Below, one piece after another: positions 19,694 through 29,104 of a DNA stretch of 64,000 bases; the stretch's first letter is position 1; every line of letters starts with the position of its first letter. Origin of the DNA: Candidatus Atabeyarchaeum deiterrae (GTDB taxonomy: Archaea > Asgardarchaeota > Atabeyarchaeia > Atabeyarchaeales > Atabeyarchaeaceae); the NCBI GenBank assembly GCA_037310415.1, contig CP147780.1, positions 1,856,001-1,920,000 on the forward strand. Direction: 5' to 3'. A model generated the notes under the pieces. That model did no database searches, was not told the DNA's origin, and saw nothing but the letters and a program-made list of their open reading frames with translations. Both the position numbers and the translations under genes were made by a program.

Positions 19694-20404
19694 CTATTCA
19701 ATCCGCTTTCTTGGTCTCTTGCTTTCCCATCTTCTTGTTGCCCTTTGTGCTAGCAGCTGTGAGTGTTTTTCCCACTGCCCCTCGTCGCCTTTCTTTCTCC
19801 TCCAGATTCTAAACCGACATGTCTCTGCTCCGGCTGGAATTGTCCATTTGAACTCAAAGTCAAAGTTGGGGTCTATCTTCTCTCGAAGATATTTCAGAAT
19901 CCCTTCAACAAGATAACGCTGAACTCGGCAGTCGAAGGGCTTGTATGTGTCTTGATGAGGGCACCAGAGTATGTCGAATATTGCCTCTTCGGAGTTGAGG
20001 ATCTGGGGTCTTTCAATTGAACTCCAGGTAACAGTGTTCACCCATGTTGTCGCAAAACTCACCTTCTCTATGTCTGTCGTGCCTGCTGGAAACTTGGTGC
20101 CTTGAAACATCTGTTCTGCCACGTCGTGGCCCACCTTCGTCATCGCTTCGCTTGCAACTTTCTGCCCTTCAGACCCAAAGTTCTCTTCCACATCTTCCAT
20201 GATTTGTAGAACGGTCTTAGCCATGTAAGTTCCCCAGACAAGGAGTGTGGCAGGGTCAAAGTCTGGTCTTCCAGCTACCTCTCTTCTGAACGTCTCAATT
20301 GCTTTCGCGTAAGGCATATTGAACTTCGTTCCTTTCCAATTCCTCTCCTTTCGTTGACCCTTTGATAGAATTCCATCGGTTATCAAACTTGGCACCCGAC
20401 CCAT
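19694..20404 (-). CDS. hypothetical protein, ATC-hydrolase/V4R-like fold
   Basis: WCPH...DC.....VEG...TIPAGAETCRF pattern; true start may be near 20318. Confidence 0.55.
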   Translation of the reverse strand: MGRVPSLITDGILSKGQRKERNWKGTKFNMPYAKAIETFRREVAGRPDFDPATLLVWGTYMAKTVLQIMEDVEENFGSEGQKVASEAMTKVGHDVAEQMFQGTKFPAGTTDIEKVSFATTWVNTVTWSSIERPQILNSEEAIFDILWCPHQDTYKPFDCRVQRYLVEGILKYLREKIDPNFDFEFKWTIPAGAETCRFRIWRRKKGDEGQWEKHSQLLAQRATRRWESKRPRKRIE

Positions 20405-20460
20405 GATGTAACCTGAGAACCTATATATAGATCAGCCGACAAAGAATCAAAGGGCTAGCG

Positions 20461-20979
20461 ATGAGGGCGAGGACGTTTAAGGTCATCGTTGTCGGGGAAG
20501 GTGGTGTGGGGAAGACTAGCCTCGTCAGAAGATACGTGGACAGGGTTTTTACTGAAGGCACGATGTCTACTATCGGAGTGGACTTGTCTTCCAAGACTAT
20601 ATTGAACGATGGGGTGGAAGAGATCCTTCAGATTTGGGATCTGGGGGGTCAACCTAGATTCAGGAATATTGCAGACCTTTTCTTCAAGGGGGCTAGTGGC
20701 GCCATAGCAGTGTTCGATGTCACAAGGAAAGAAACCCTATGCGAGTTGAGCGATTGGATTAAACATCTGCGCTTTGTGACTGGGAGCATACCCCTAGTTT
20801 TCGTTGGAAACAAGGTGGATCTGAGAACCTCAAGAGACCATGTCTCGTCAGGCGTCTCTAGGGAAGAAGCAATCAGATTTGCACAAGATTATAGTTCACC
20901 CTATGTTGAAGCCTCAGCTAGAAAAGGCTCTGGCGTGGAAGAGGCGTTCAAGGCTCTCGTAGTAAGACTGGGAGCTTAG
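20461..20979 (+). CDS. Rab-like small GTPase
   Basis: GEGGVGKTS, TIGVD, WDLGGQ, NKVD, ASAR. Confidence 0.95.
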   Translation: MRARTFKVIVVGEGGVGKTSLVRRYVDRVFTEGTMSTIGVDLSSKTILNDGVEEILQIWDLGGQPRFRNIADLFFKGASGAIAVFDVTRKETLCELSDWIKHLRFVTGSIPLVFVGNKVDLRTSRDHVSSGVSREEAIRFAQDYSSPYVEASARKGSGVEEAFKALVVRLGA

Positions 20980-21043
20980 GTTCTGCAGTTGACTTTCTTC
21001 ACTTGCCCTGTCGTACGAAATATGAGTTTGAGAGCTGGGAAGG

Positions 21044-21544
21044 GTGGTGGATGACTTGAACGAAACTATCAGGCAGTACAGGATCTCTGACCGTGCGAGT
21101 ATGATCAAATGCATGGAAGGGTTGCAGGATTATCTTATCTCGATCGATGAAATGAGGAGAGAGAGGCGGATGCCAGGTTATGGGGAGAGCTATACGGAGA
21201 GACTGCTTATGCGAATTCGAAGAGAGGATGGCATTGCATATGTCGCTGAGGATCAGGGCAGGATCATCGGTCTCATTGCAGGTGTGATACTTCGGCAATC
21301 AAAAGAGGACTTGCTTGAGTGTGTTCCATCAAAGGATGGTAGAATACTCGAGTTATTCGTTGATCCGCAGCATCGGGGACGAGAGGTCGGCAGGATGTTG
21401 ATGGAAAAGATCGAGAGATATTTCGTTGAGAAAAAATGCGACGCTGTACACGTCGAAGTCTTCGCACCAAACCTCGACGCCCGCGCTTTCTACCGAAGAG
21501 TCGGGTACGGGGATCGGGTTGTCGACATGATGAAGAAACCGTGA
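21044..21544 (+). CDS. GNAT-family N-acetyltransferase
   Basis: LFVDPQHRGREVG, N..A..FY.R.GY. Confidence 0.9.
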   Translation: MVDDLNETIRQYRISDRASMIKCMEGLQDYLISIDEMRRERRMPGYGESYTERLLMRIRREDGIAYVAEDQGRIIGLIAGVILRQSKEDLLECVPSKDGRILELFVDPQHRGREVGRMLMEKIERYFVEKKCDAVHVEVFAPNLDARAFYRRVGYGDRVVDMMKKP

Positions 21545-21785
21545 TAGGTCTCGGTGCGTGCGACAAAATTCGAATCTTCCATTTTCGAGACCAGCTGGAA
21601 AGCTCCACTCCTTCGGTGATGCGACATCCGCAACAATACTGAGAACCAGATGTGAAAGTAGACAAACTCTTTATTATGCCATACTATATAGGAGAGTTGT
21701 AGAACATACTAAGGAGGTCACATGCCTAGGTCCACAGTAGTCCTAGATAAAGTGTGAATAGGCAACTCGGGGGTCAGAGGCGTTC

Positions 21786-22037
21786 TTGCCTGAAAGAAAA
21801 CTTCACGACTTCCCTTGTCCAGTGTGCAAGAGTATTATCAGCGGGGTAGTGGTCAAGGAAGAAGACATACTGGGCGCGAAGCGCTCTCCGGCGCTTGTGC
21901 CAGCAAAGTGTCCCGGCAAACACGATGTGGCGTTGTATGTAGATAAGCAATTCAGAATAAGAGACGCGGAACCCCTGATTGATCCTAAGACTGCTGGAGG
22001 ATTGGACAAGGCTAGGAAGTGGATCTCTGAATTATGA
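21786..22037 (+). CDS. small putative zinc-binding protein
   Basis: CPVC...CPGKH; LYVDKQF.IR; GAGG SD before TTG. Confidence 0.7.
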   Translation: MPERKLHDFPCPVCKSIISGVVVKEEDILGAKRSPALVPAKCPGKHDVALYVDKQFRIRDAEPLIDPKTAGGLDKARKWISEL

Positions 22038-22093
22038 GAAGCCTGGGGCCTGACCGATAGACATATCGATGAGCTGTGGGTGGGAAACAGTTC

Positions 22094-22483
22094 ATGATAC
22101 ATAATCTCTATGTATTTGATGAGAATGGACTGCCTCTTCTAACGATAAAACTTGGCAGTATAGAGGCCGATGGTGCTCTATTGACAGGCTTCCTATCAGC
22201 AATGCAGTCTTTTTCGAAGAAGATCTCACAGGGAGATGTTGAAGAGATCAACTTCAAGGACTTTAACTTTCATATCAGATCGCTTGGATCATTGTATGTT
22301 GCTCTGGTGGCTGATAAGACCGATCACGACATTGCCTTCAGGCTGGCTGAGGTCTCGAGCATTGTTGAGAAGCACAAAGACAGCCTTTCCGATAATGCAG
22401 TGCAGACAGATATTAAGAATGCCATAACAAAGAAGGTTGGCATCAGAGACAGGGCGAAAGATTGGGCGAACATAGGTCTCTAG
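22094..22483 (+). CDS. longin-like domain protein
   Basis: MIHNLYVFDENG.PL...D..LL.GFL.A..SFS...EEI, then beta hairpin and helix: the longin topology seen in Asgard proteins. Confidence 0.75.
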   Translation: MIHNLYVFDENGLPLLTIKLGSIEADGALLTGFLSAMQSFSKKISQGDVEEINFKDFNFHIRSLGSLYVALVADKTDHDIAFRLAEVSSIVEKHKDSLSDNAVQTDIKNAITKKVGIRDRAKDWANIGL

Positions 22484-22510
22484 TAGTCAAAGAGGAGATG
22501 ACCCGTAGAA

Positions 22511-24016
22511 ATGGAAGCATTACAAGCAGCTTCATTTGTGGTGGCAATAGCCTTTCTGCTTGCTTTTATCTCTACCCTAAGGTTCTATAGAGGCAGAGTG
22601 ACAAAGACACGAGCCGAACAGAGATCTGCACTGAGGCCTACCCTCATCATTTCAGTTTCCTTTTTGATGGGAGCGATTGCCCTCTTCGTCAATTTCTACT
22701 CACTACTGATCTACCCCGCCTTCCCAACGACATTTCCTCCACCGCTCGTCGTGGGCGTCTATCCTTGGGAGTTTGCCACTGAGTTGCTGACCCCACTGTT
22801 TGGATTCCTTGTCATGGTCGCCGTCGTCACAGCTTTGAGACGACCTCGGCTGTATGCGCTACCTGTAGCCCTACTTGCGGTGTGTTACATTCTGTCGCTG
22901 CTCTCTCCTAAGCATCCGATGGATGATCCTTTCCTTACGTTCTGGCTTACTTCAAGCTCTCTCATGATTTTTCTGCCCATGCTTCTCTTCCTTTATCTCT
23001 GGGCAAGCACTAAGAGGCCGACTGCTTTTGGGATGTTCACTGGTCTTCTGCTCTACCAGGTCTTCTACACACTTTTCTCCACAACTGAATCTGAGTACGT
23101 TGGAGTACTGGGCTTCTATGCTCCAGCGGAGTATGAGACTCACATTCTGAGATATGGCGTCTTCTATCCTTTCATATTTGTTGGCATATTGCTTGCAGTT
23201 GCTGGTCTGTCCTTTGTCATTTGGAGTTTCTTCTACTCTGAGAAGAAGCTTGGCGGGGAACTCATTGGATACTCTCTGTCGACTGCGGTCATCGGAACAG
23301 AACTCTCAATAATTCTTCTATCACTGGGGACCTTCGCGATTGGGTACTCTATTACGCTCCTCATAACAGCGTTTGGAGCAGGTATCTTCATTCTTACAGG
23401 TTCATACTTATACGGTCGGTATAGAGAGAGTCGTCATACCCAGACATTGATGCTTTCGATTTTCTCGTATTTCGCAGGTTTGAGTTTCTTAATGTTCAAC
23501 ATTGGTCAGCACATCTACCTACTATATGGGCGTCTTGCCTGGTTTGACATAGTGACGCTAACGCTTGGATTGCTCACTGGTGGTTTCCTGTTCCTTGCAG
23601 CGATAACTGCCATGGAGCGAAGATCCCTAGTTTTACTCCCGCCTGCGGTGATAATCCCTCTATTCATTATGTCACTGCTATTCATGCCTTTACCTCCATG
23701 GCTTCTTGCTGTTATGGCTGGAGCAGCGCTGCTGATGACTGTTCTTCCGGGCGTGATGTTCTTTGTTCTTTGGAGAAGAATGAGTAAGGGAAAGGAGAAA
23801 GGGAGAGGTCGAGTCTTAGGAATATTTCTTGGATTCCTCTTTTTGATATTGTCTTCCCCGATCTTGATCCTGAGCTCCACGGTTCCTGATCCAATAGCGT
23901 TCGTAGCCTCAATTGTGGGAATAGCCGGTTCGATTCTAGCATTCGTTGGATCATTCCTCTTCTATCTAGGTGTCTCAGGTAGATTGGACAGGTGGTTCCA
24001 CGAACGGAGGCACTAG
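22511..24016 (+). CDS. about 15-TM membrane protein made of two homologous 7TM units
   Basis: Internal repeat: AVVTALRRPRLYALP/AAITAMERRSLVLLP, LMIFLPMLLFLYLW/LMTVLPGVMFFVLW, FGMFTG/LGIFLG. Confidence 0.75.
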   Translation: MEALQAASFVVAIAFLLAFISTLRFYRGRVTKTRAEQRSALRPTLIISVSFLMGAIALFVNFYSLLIYPAFPTTFPPPLVVGVYPWEFATELLTPLFGFLVMVAVVTALRRPRLYALPVALLAVCYILSLLSPKHPMDDPFLTFWLTSSSLMIFLPMLLFLYLWASTKRPTAFGMFTGLLLYQVFYTLFSTTESEYVGVLGFYAPAEYETHILRYGVFYPFIFVGILLAVAGLSFVIWSFFYSEKKLGGELIGYSLSTAVIGTELSIILLSLGTFAIGYSITLLITAFGAGIFILTGSYLYGRYRESRHTQTLMLSIFSYFAGLSFLMFNIGQHIYLLYGRLAWFDIVTLTLGLLTGGFLFLAAITAMERRSLVLLPPAVIIPLFIMSLLFMPLPPWLLAVMAGAALLMTVLPGVMFFVLWRRMSKGKEKGRGRVLGIFLGFLFLILSSPILILSSTVPDPIAFVASIVGIAGSILAFVGSFLFYLGVSGRLDRWFHERRH

Positions 24017-24022
24017 GACGTA

Positions 24023-24565
24023 ATGATCAAGAAGAACGTGTTTAAGATCATCATAGTTGGGGAAGGCGGCGTAGGCAAGACCAGCCTTGTCAAAAGACAC
24101 GTAGATGAATCTTTCAAAGAAGACATGAAGATGACCATAGGAGTAGACTTGAGCGTCAAGAGGATGAGAGTGAATGATGAGGAAAGAATGCTTCAGATCT
24201 GGGATCTGGGAGGGCAACCCCACTTCAAGAGCGTTGCTGACCTATACTTCAAAGGAGCACACGGCATGATGTCTGTCTTCGATGTCACCAGAAGGGCATC
24301 CATGGATAGACTAGTCGACTGGATTGACCGCGTCTATGCTACTGTCGGACAAATACCTATGGTAGTAGTCGGAAACAAGGTGGATTTGAGGAACCCTGGT
24401 GAAGGTATAGCAGGAGTGAGCAAAGAAGAAGGAAGAGAGTTTGCAACCAGATACCAGTCACCATATCTTGAGACCTCTGCCAAAGATGGCTCAGGAGTAG
24501 ATGCGGCATTCCAAGATCTCGTCAGCACGTTGTGCCGTGAGAGTCAGTCAATCAAGCCTCCTTAA
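24023..24565 (+). CDS. Rab-like small GTPase
   Basis: GEGGVGKTS, TIGVD, WDLGGQ, NKVD, TSAK; 6 bp after the membrane-protein gene. Confidence 0.95.
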   Translation: MIKKNVFKIIIVGEGGVGKTSLVKRHVDESFKEDMKMTIGVDLSVKRMRVNDEERMLQIWDLGGQPHFKSVADLYFKGAHGMMSVFDVTRRASMDRLVDWIDRVYATVGQIPMVVVGNKVDLRNPGEGIAGVSKEEGREFATRYQSPYLETSAKDGSGVDAAFQDLVSTLCRESQSIKPP

Positions 24566-24781
24566 TCTTGGTTCCCTTTCCGAAAACCCTCTGTGGTCGA
24601 CAACCGTGCCCCTAGATATCTTTTGCTGGAATCCTACACAGTTAGTGCAGATCAGGCATATGATCCAACAAGACCGAAATCGATCTTCTGGTTACATCCA
24701 CCACCTTTAAGAGCAGGTCACCGAGTAAATAAGAACACCTTAAGCACGGGTCGACGAGAATCGCTGTGACCGGGATGTCAG

Positions 24782-26056
24782 ATGAATCCAACCAAGATAG
24801 ATGCGGGTCAACGACTCAAGAGCGTCTATCTTCTAGCATTTGCTAACGCGTTTTGGGCGGCTGGTTACGGGATGTATGGTTATATATTCCCGAATTTCCT
24901 CAAATCAGTAGGTGCGACTTCTGCCGATGTTGGTTTCGTGGCTACCATTCTGATCTTGCTTCAAGCTGTCACCTATATTCCTGGAGGCATCCTCAGTGAT
25001 GCAGGACACAGAAGAGCACTTATCATAGCATCATGGCTGCTGCCTGCTTTCGCACCCCTTTTCTTCATCGAAGCCGAGGCGACTCATTCATGGTTGAATA
25101 CGATTCCAGGGATCTTACTATTCGCCAGCGGTTGGATAGGTGCCCCAGCAGTTCAATCATATGTCAGCGAAGCGTCATCATTTGGAAAGAGAGGGCTTGC
25201 TTTTGGAATAATGGTGTCTTCTGGTCCTTTGGGACTTGTCCCATCTCCGCTAATCGGTGGTCTAATTTATGATCAATATGGGATTACGACTCTTTTCCAG
25301 GTAGCATTTGCTCTATACGTTATTTCCACTGCAATGGTCCTGGCGGTCCCGAGATTGAAGGGAGACTATGTCCACAGAGAGGCTCATCTAGTTGAGAAAC
25401 CCGCGAAACCGCTAGAACAAAAAAGCCGAAGCAATGCCTACGAAACAGGAGTTAAGAGTATCAAGGCCAAAAAAAGCCGTACAGGAAGCAACACGGGCAT
25501 TCTACTAAGGCGACTCGTCCCCATGGTCATTCTGAGTTGTCTCTTTCTTGGTTTGGTATACATCGGATCTTCCTTCGTCTCCCTATATCTGATGGAAGAA
25601 TATGGTTATCCTTACAGTCTGATACAGATCATGTTCGCTATTCAGAATCTGTCATCAGCCGTCGTAGTCACCCTACTCGGCAAACTAAGCGACAGATATC
25701 CACCAGCCAACAAATTAGCGCTGGTCGCGATACCTGCAATTGCACTGATCATGGGATACTCTATCCTGCTCCTAACATCAAACCCAGTAGTTCTATCCTT
25801 GGCTTTCGTGTTCATTGGTTCGGTTTCTGCCCTCTTCCCGATAGTCTTCAGCGTAGTGGGTGAGCTTAGCAAGGGGGGGCATGCTGCCCGAAGCTTTAGC
25901 ATAATCATGACTATCCTCTATGTAGCTGAGGCGTCGACGCCTTTCCTTGGGGGCGTCCTATACGGCATCTCGGCGCAGTTGCCTTTCGTCTTAATGCTAA
26001 GTTTAAGTCCTCTCGTGTTTGCATTAACGGTATACGCGCGCAGGAAAACACACTGA
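24782..26056 (+). CDS. MFS transporter (12 TM)
   Basis: GG.LSD...RR and GKLSDR loops; 6+6 TM with central hydrophilic loop. Confidence 0.88.
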   Translation: MNPTKIDAGQRLKSVYLLAFANAFWAAGYGMYGYIFPNFLKSVGATSADVGFVATILILLQAVTYIPGGILSDAGHRRALIIASWLLPAFAPLFFIEAEATHSWLNTIPGILLFASGWIGAPAVQSYVSEASSFGKRGLAFGIMVSSGPLGLVPSPLIGGLIYDQYGITTLFQVAFALYVISTAMVLAVPRLKGDYVHREAHLVEKPAKPLEQKSRSNAYETGVKSIKAKKSRTGSNTGILLRRLVPMVILSCLFLGLVYIGSSFVSLYLMEEYGYPYSLIQIMFAIQNLSSAVVVTLLGKLSDRYPPANKLALVAIPAIALIMGYSILLLTSNPVVLSLAFVFIGSVSALFPIVFSVVGELSKGGHAARSFSIIMTILYVAEASTPFLGGVLYGISAQLPFVLMLSLSPLVFALTVYARRKTH

Positions 26057-26166
26057 TGTTCAAAGTCAAGGTTGATTCTCATTTGCATATGAGCGCAATC
26101 GATCAGCCTGTCCTGCATTGCAGCTCAGGCTTTCCCTCAACTGTCGTGCGTAGGAGGAAGTCAATC

Positions 26167-26706
26167 GTGGGAAAAAGCGATGAATTGTCCATTAAGGGTT
26201 CCGTGATTCGCTTAGTAACTGGGGATATTACCGAACTCGATGTTGATGCAATAGTAAACGCGGCCAACTCGTACCTTAAGATGGGTGGGGGAGTTGCCGG
26301 TGCGATTCTTCGAAAGGGCGGAAGAAGGATCCAAGACGAATGCGACCGGATTGGTTACTGTCCTGTAGGGAGTGCGGTTATTACTACTGGGGGCGATCTC
26401 AGAGCCAAATACGTCATACATGCTGTTGGACCAAGAAATGGAGAAGGAGAGGAGGAAGACAAGCTAAGAAACGCTACATTGAGTAGTCTGAAATTAGCAG
26501 ACAAATATGATCTGAAGAGTACAGCATTCCCAGCGATCTCGACGGGAATATTCGGCTTCCCCGGAGACAGATGTGCAAGAGTAATGGTCCCGACGGTAAA
26601 GTCATACCTGCTGAACGAGAGAACAAGTCTGAAGCTAGTGGTCTTCTGTTTGTACGACAAGGACACTTCCCGAATCTTCAAAACTGAGCTGGAGAGATCA
26701 GTCTGA
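26167..26706 (+). CDS. macrodomain protein (ADP-ribose binding/hydrolase)
   Basis: GDIT, VNAAN..L..GGGVAGAI, VIHAVGP, AFPAISTGIFGFP; GGAGG SD before GTG 26167. Confidence 0.92.
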   Translation: MGKSDELSIKGSVIRLVTGDITELDVDAIVNAANSYLKMGGGVAGAILRKGGRRIQDECDRIGYCPVGSAVITTGGDLRAKYVIHAVGPRNGEGEEEDKLRNATLSSLKLADKYDLKSTAFPAISTGIFGFPGDRCARVMVPTVKSYLLNERTSLKLVVFCLYDKDTSRIFKTELERSV

Positions 26707-26969
26707 CTGATATTCTTGAAGACGGTCCACTTCGATTAAAGAGTTAAGGCAAATCTGAACACCTTGCTCTTGCGACAACCAAGCTACTTGTTCTTGTATT
26801 TCTTCATATGTGATTTTGTGGAAAAATGTGGGTATGTGCTGTGATGTCCTTGTGAGAATATCAGGGTAATACCACTTCTCGATAGTTTTTTATACAAATT
26901 CATCCTTCTTCTTAGAAAATAGGAAGGAAAACTGCGAATTTACCAAAACTCGTATCGGGGAGTAGTATC

Positions 26970-27158
26970 ATGGTAAGCAATCTCAGGAACTGTCAATGCG
27001 AGTTCTATAACCGGCGGTCGCGCGTGTGTACTCTTGATGGGTCCTCGTGGTGTGCCTTTCCCAAGAGCAATTACTGTGACCTTGCAGCAAGCGAACACGC
27101 GAAGAAGAAGAACATTCCTTCGGTCATACTAGAAATCCAAGAAGACGTAACTGGGTGA
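26970..27158 (+). CDS. small Cys-rich hypothetical protein
   Basis: 5 Cys in the first 36 aa; GGGGAG SD; TTTTATA box near 26887. Confidence 0.5.
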   Translation: MVSNLRNCQCEFYNRRSRVCTLDGSSWCAFPKSNYCDLAASEHAKKKNIPSVILEIQEDVTG

Positions 27159-27310
27159 CTCAGTCGCGAACGAACTCGCACGGAACGAATCTGGAAAATC
27201 AGAATCACCTATTGCGTTCCCACTCAAGAAGTCGAAGAACTGAGCAACTTCTGATAGCCTGCTCATTCACCTACTTTGGACCTGGTTCCATCGGTGAGAC
27301 TCTTCCTTCT

Positions 27311-29104
27311 CTATTCTGTGGCCATTAGTCCTTTCTCTAGGATCTCAACATCCTTCTTGATCTGGTCGTCGCTGATCTTCTCGACGAGAGGTTTGGGCTC
27401 AACGATCTTGGTGCCAGGATTTACTCTGAATTTTCCCAGCGCTTCCCATGTAGGTCTCACCCCAAAACCTGGCTGACCTTCAACAGAAACCATCTGGCCC
27501 AATATCTGCTCCGACAAACTTGGTGTAATCGGTTGCAGATATATCGCTCCATCATGAATGAAGTTGATGCTAAGGTAGAGCGTTGTCTTGGCCGAAGACT
27601 CACCTTGCTCTCCGTTCTTCAACTTCTTCCACGGTTCTTTCGCATTGAAATATCTATTGGCTTCTCCGAAGGAGTCCACTATCTTCAGAAGAAGTTGCGT
27701 TAGGTTCACTGATTCATAAAGATCTTCGATCTCCTTCGGAAGCTTCGAAATGAACTCCTTGAACTTGATGTCTATGTCATTGCCAAGGTAGGTCTCCGGC
27801 TCAGGTACTTTGCCGCTGAAATTGCTGTTTATGAATTTCAGTGTTCTGTTCACGAAGTTGCCAATCATATCGGCAAGCCCGGTGTTCACCCTCGTCTGGA
27901 ACTCCTGCCAACTGAAATCGCTATCCCCGATGTTATTAGCTGCCTTTGATGCTAAGTAGAATCTTATATAATCGGTGGGATATCTGTCAACTATGTAGCG
28001 AAGTGGAATGAACCACTTCCTGCTTTTAGACATCTTCTTGCCGTCAAGATTCAGATACCCGTTGACAACATATTTTCGGGGCAACGGATAACCAGCAACA
28101 ATGAGCATAGCTGGCCAGAAGAGCAGATGATGATATATGATGTCCTTTCCCACAAAGTGAACTACCTTGGCAGCAGGGTTCTTCCAGTAGTGCTCCCAAT
28201 TCCGTCCAATTCTATTGCACAAGTTGACTGTTGAAGCGATATATCCGATGGGGGCATCCCACCAGACGTACGCATACTGGTCTGGCGCTGCATCTTTGAA
28301 GGGCAGTTTAAAACCCCAATAATCTTCCCTAGTGATGTCCCAGTCTTCGAGACCCCCTGTGATCCAGTTCAGTACGTAGTTTATTACCCCTCTCGGAAAG
28401 TCTCTTTCAGAAGACCTCAGGAGCCAACTTGATAGTTGGTCTGAGAGAGCCCTGAGCCTAAAAAAGAAGTGTCTTGCCTTCCTCTTAGTTGGCGTGGTTC
28501 TGCAGAGGATGCATTGCGGATTGATTATCTTTCCGGCTTCAATAACGCGTCCACAGGACTCACATACATCGCTGTACTGATCCGCGGCTCCACAATAGGG
28601 GCAGTTTCCTTTGACAAATCTGTCGGGGAGGAACCTCTTGTCTTTCTCACAGTACCATTGTTCAACTTCTTTCGCTTCGATGTAGCCTTTATCATAAGCT
28701 GCTTTCAGGAAATCTTGGGTCAAGATCCTGTTCTCTTCACTGGCAGTATGGTAGAAGTTGTCAAAGGAAATGTTCAATTTCTTGAAATCATCTATGTGTC
28801 TCAACCTGTAGTACTCTGCATAATCGGCAGGTTTCTTTCCTGTTGCTAAGGCAGCCACTTCAATCGGTGTCCCATGAACGTCGCTGCCGCAAACGAAGAG
28901 AATATCGTCTCCTTTAAGTCGTCTGAACCTGGAATACACATCAGCGGGTATGTAGGTGCTGGTAACATGACCGATGTGCAAAACATTGTTGGAATAAGGA
29001 AGAGCTGCCGTAACCAGGACAATGTCCTTCTCCTCGCCCTTTTTGCTGCTATCCCTGCCATGACTAGCAGTATTCGTGTTTTGCTGCTTGCTTGGGAGCG
29101 CCAA
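27311..29104 (-). CDS. metG: methionine--tRNA ligase
   Basis: TAALPY.N..LHIGH, GSD.HG, Zn knuckles, YVWWDA.IGY, GKDI..HH..FWP, KMSKS; no C-terminal tRNA-binding OB domain. Confidence 0.97.
   Translation of the reverse strand: MALPSKQQNTNTASHGRDSSKKGEEKDIVLVTAALPYSNNVLHIGHVTSTYIPADVYSRFRRLKGDDILFVCGSDVHGTPIEVAALATGKKPADYAEYYRLRHIDDFKKLNISFDNFYHTASEENRILTQDFLKAAYDKGYIEAKEVEQWYCEKDKRFLPDRFVKGNCPYCGAADQYSDVCESCGRVIEAGKIINPQCILCRTTPTKRKARHFFFRLRALSDQLSSWLLRSSERDFPRGVINYVLNWITGGLEDWDITREDYWGFKLPFKDAAPDQYAYVWWDAPIGYIASTVNLCNRIGRNWEHYWKNPAAKVVHFVGKDIIYHHLLFWPAMLIVAGYPLPRKYVVNGYLNLDGKKMSKSRKWFIPLRYIVDRYPTDYIRFYLASKAANNIGDSDFSWQEFQTRVNTGLADMIGNFVNRTLKFINSNFSGKVPEPETYLGNDIDIKFKEFISKLPKEIEDLYESVNLTQLLLKIVDSFGEANRYFNAKEPWKKLKNGEQGESSAKTTLYLSINFIHDGAIYLQPITPSLSEQILGQMVSVEGQPGFGVRPTWEALGKFRVNPGTKIVEPKPLVEKISDDQIKKDVEILEKGLMATE

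Noticed and set aside
22511-24016. Calling the membrane protein a GPCR or rhodopsin
   Set aside because: No family-specific motifs (no retinal Lys, no DRY/NPxxY); only the 7TM repeat architecture is supported
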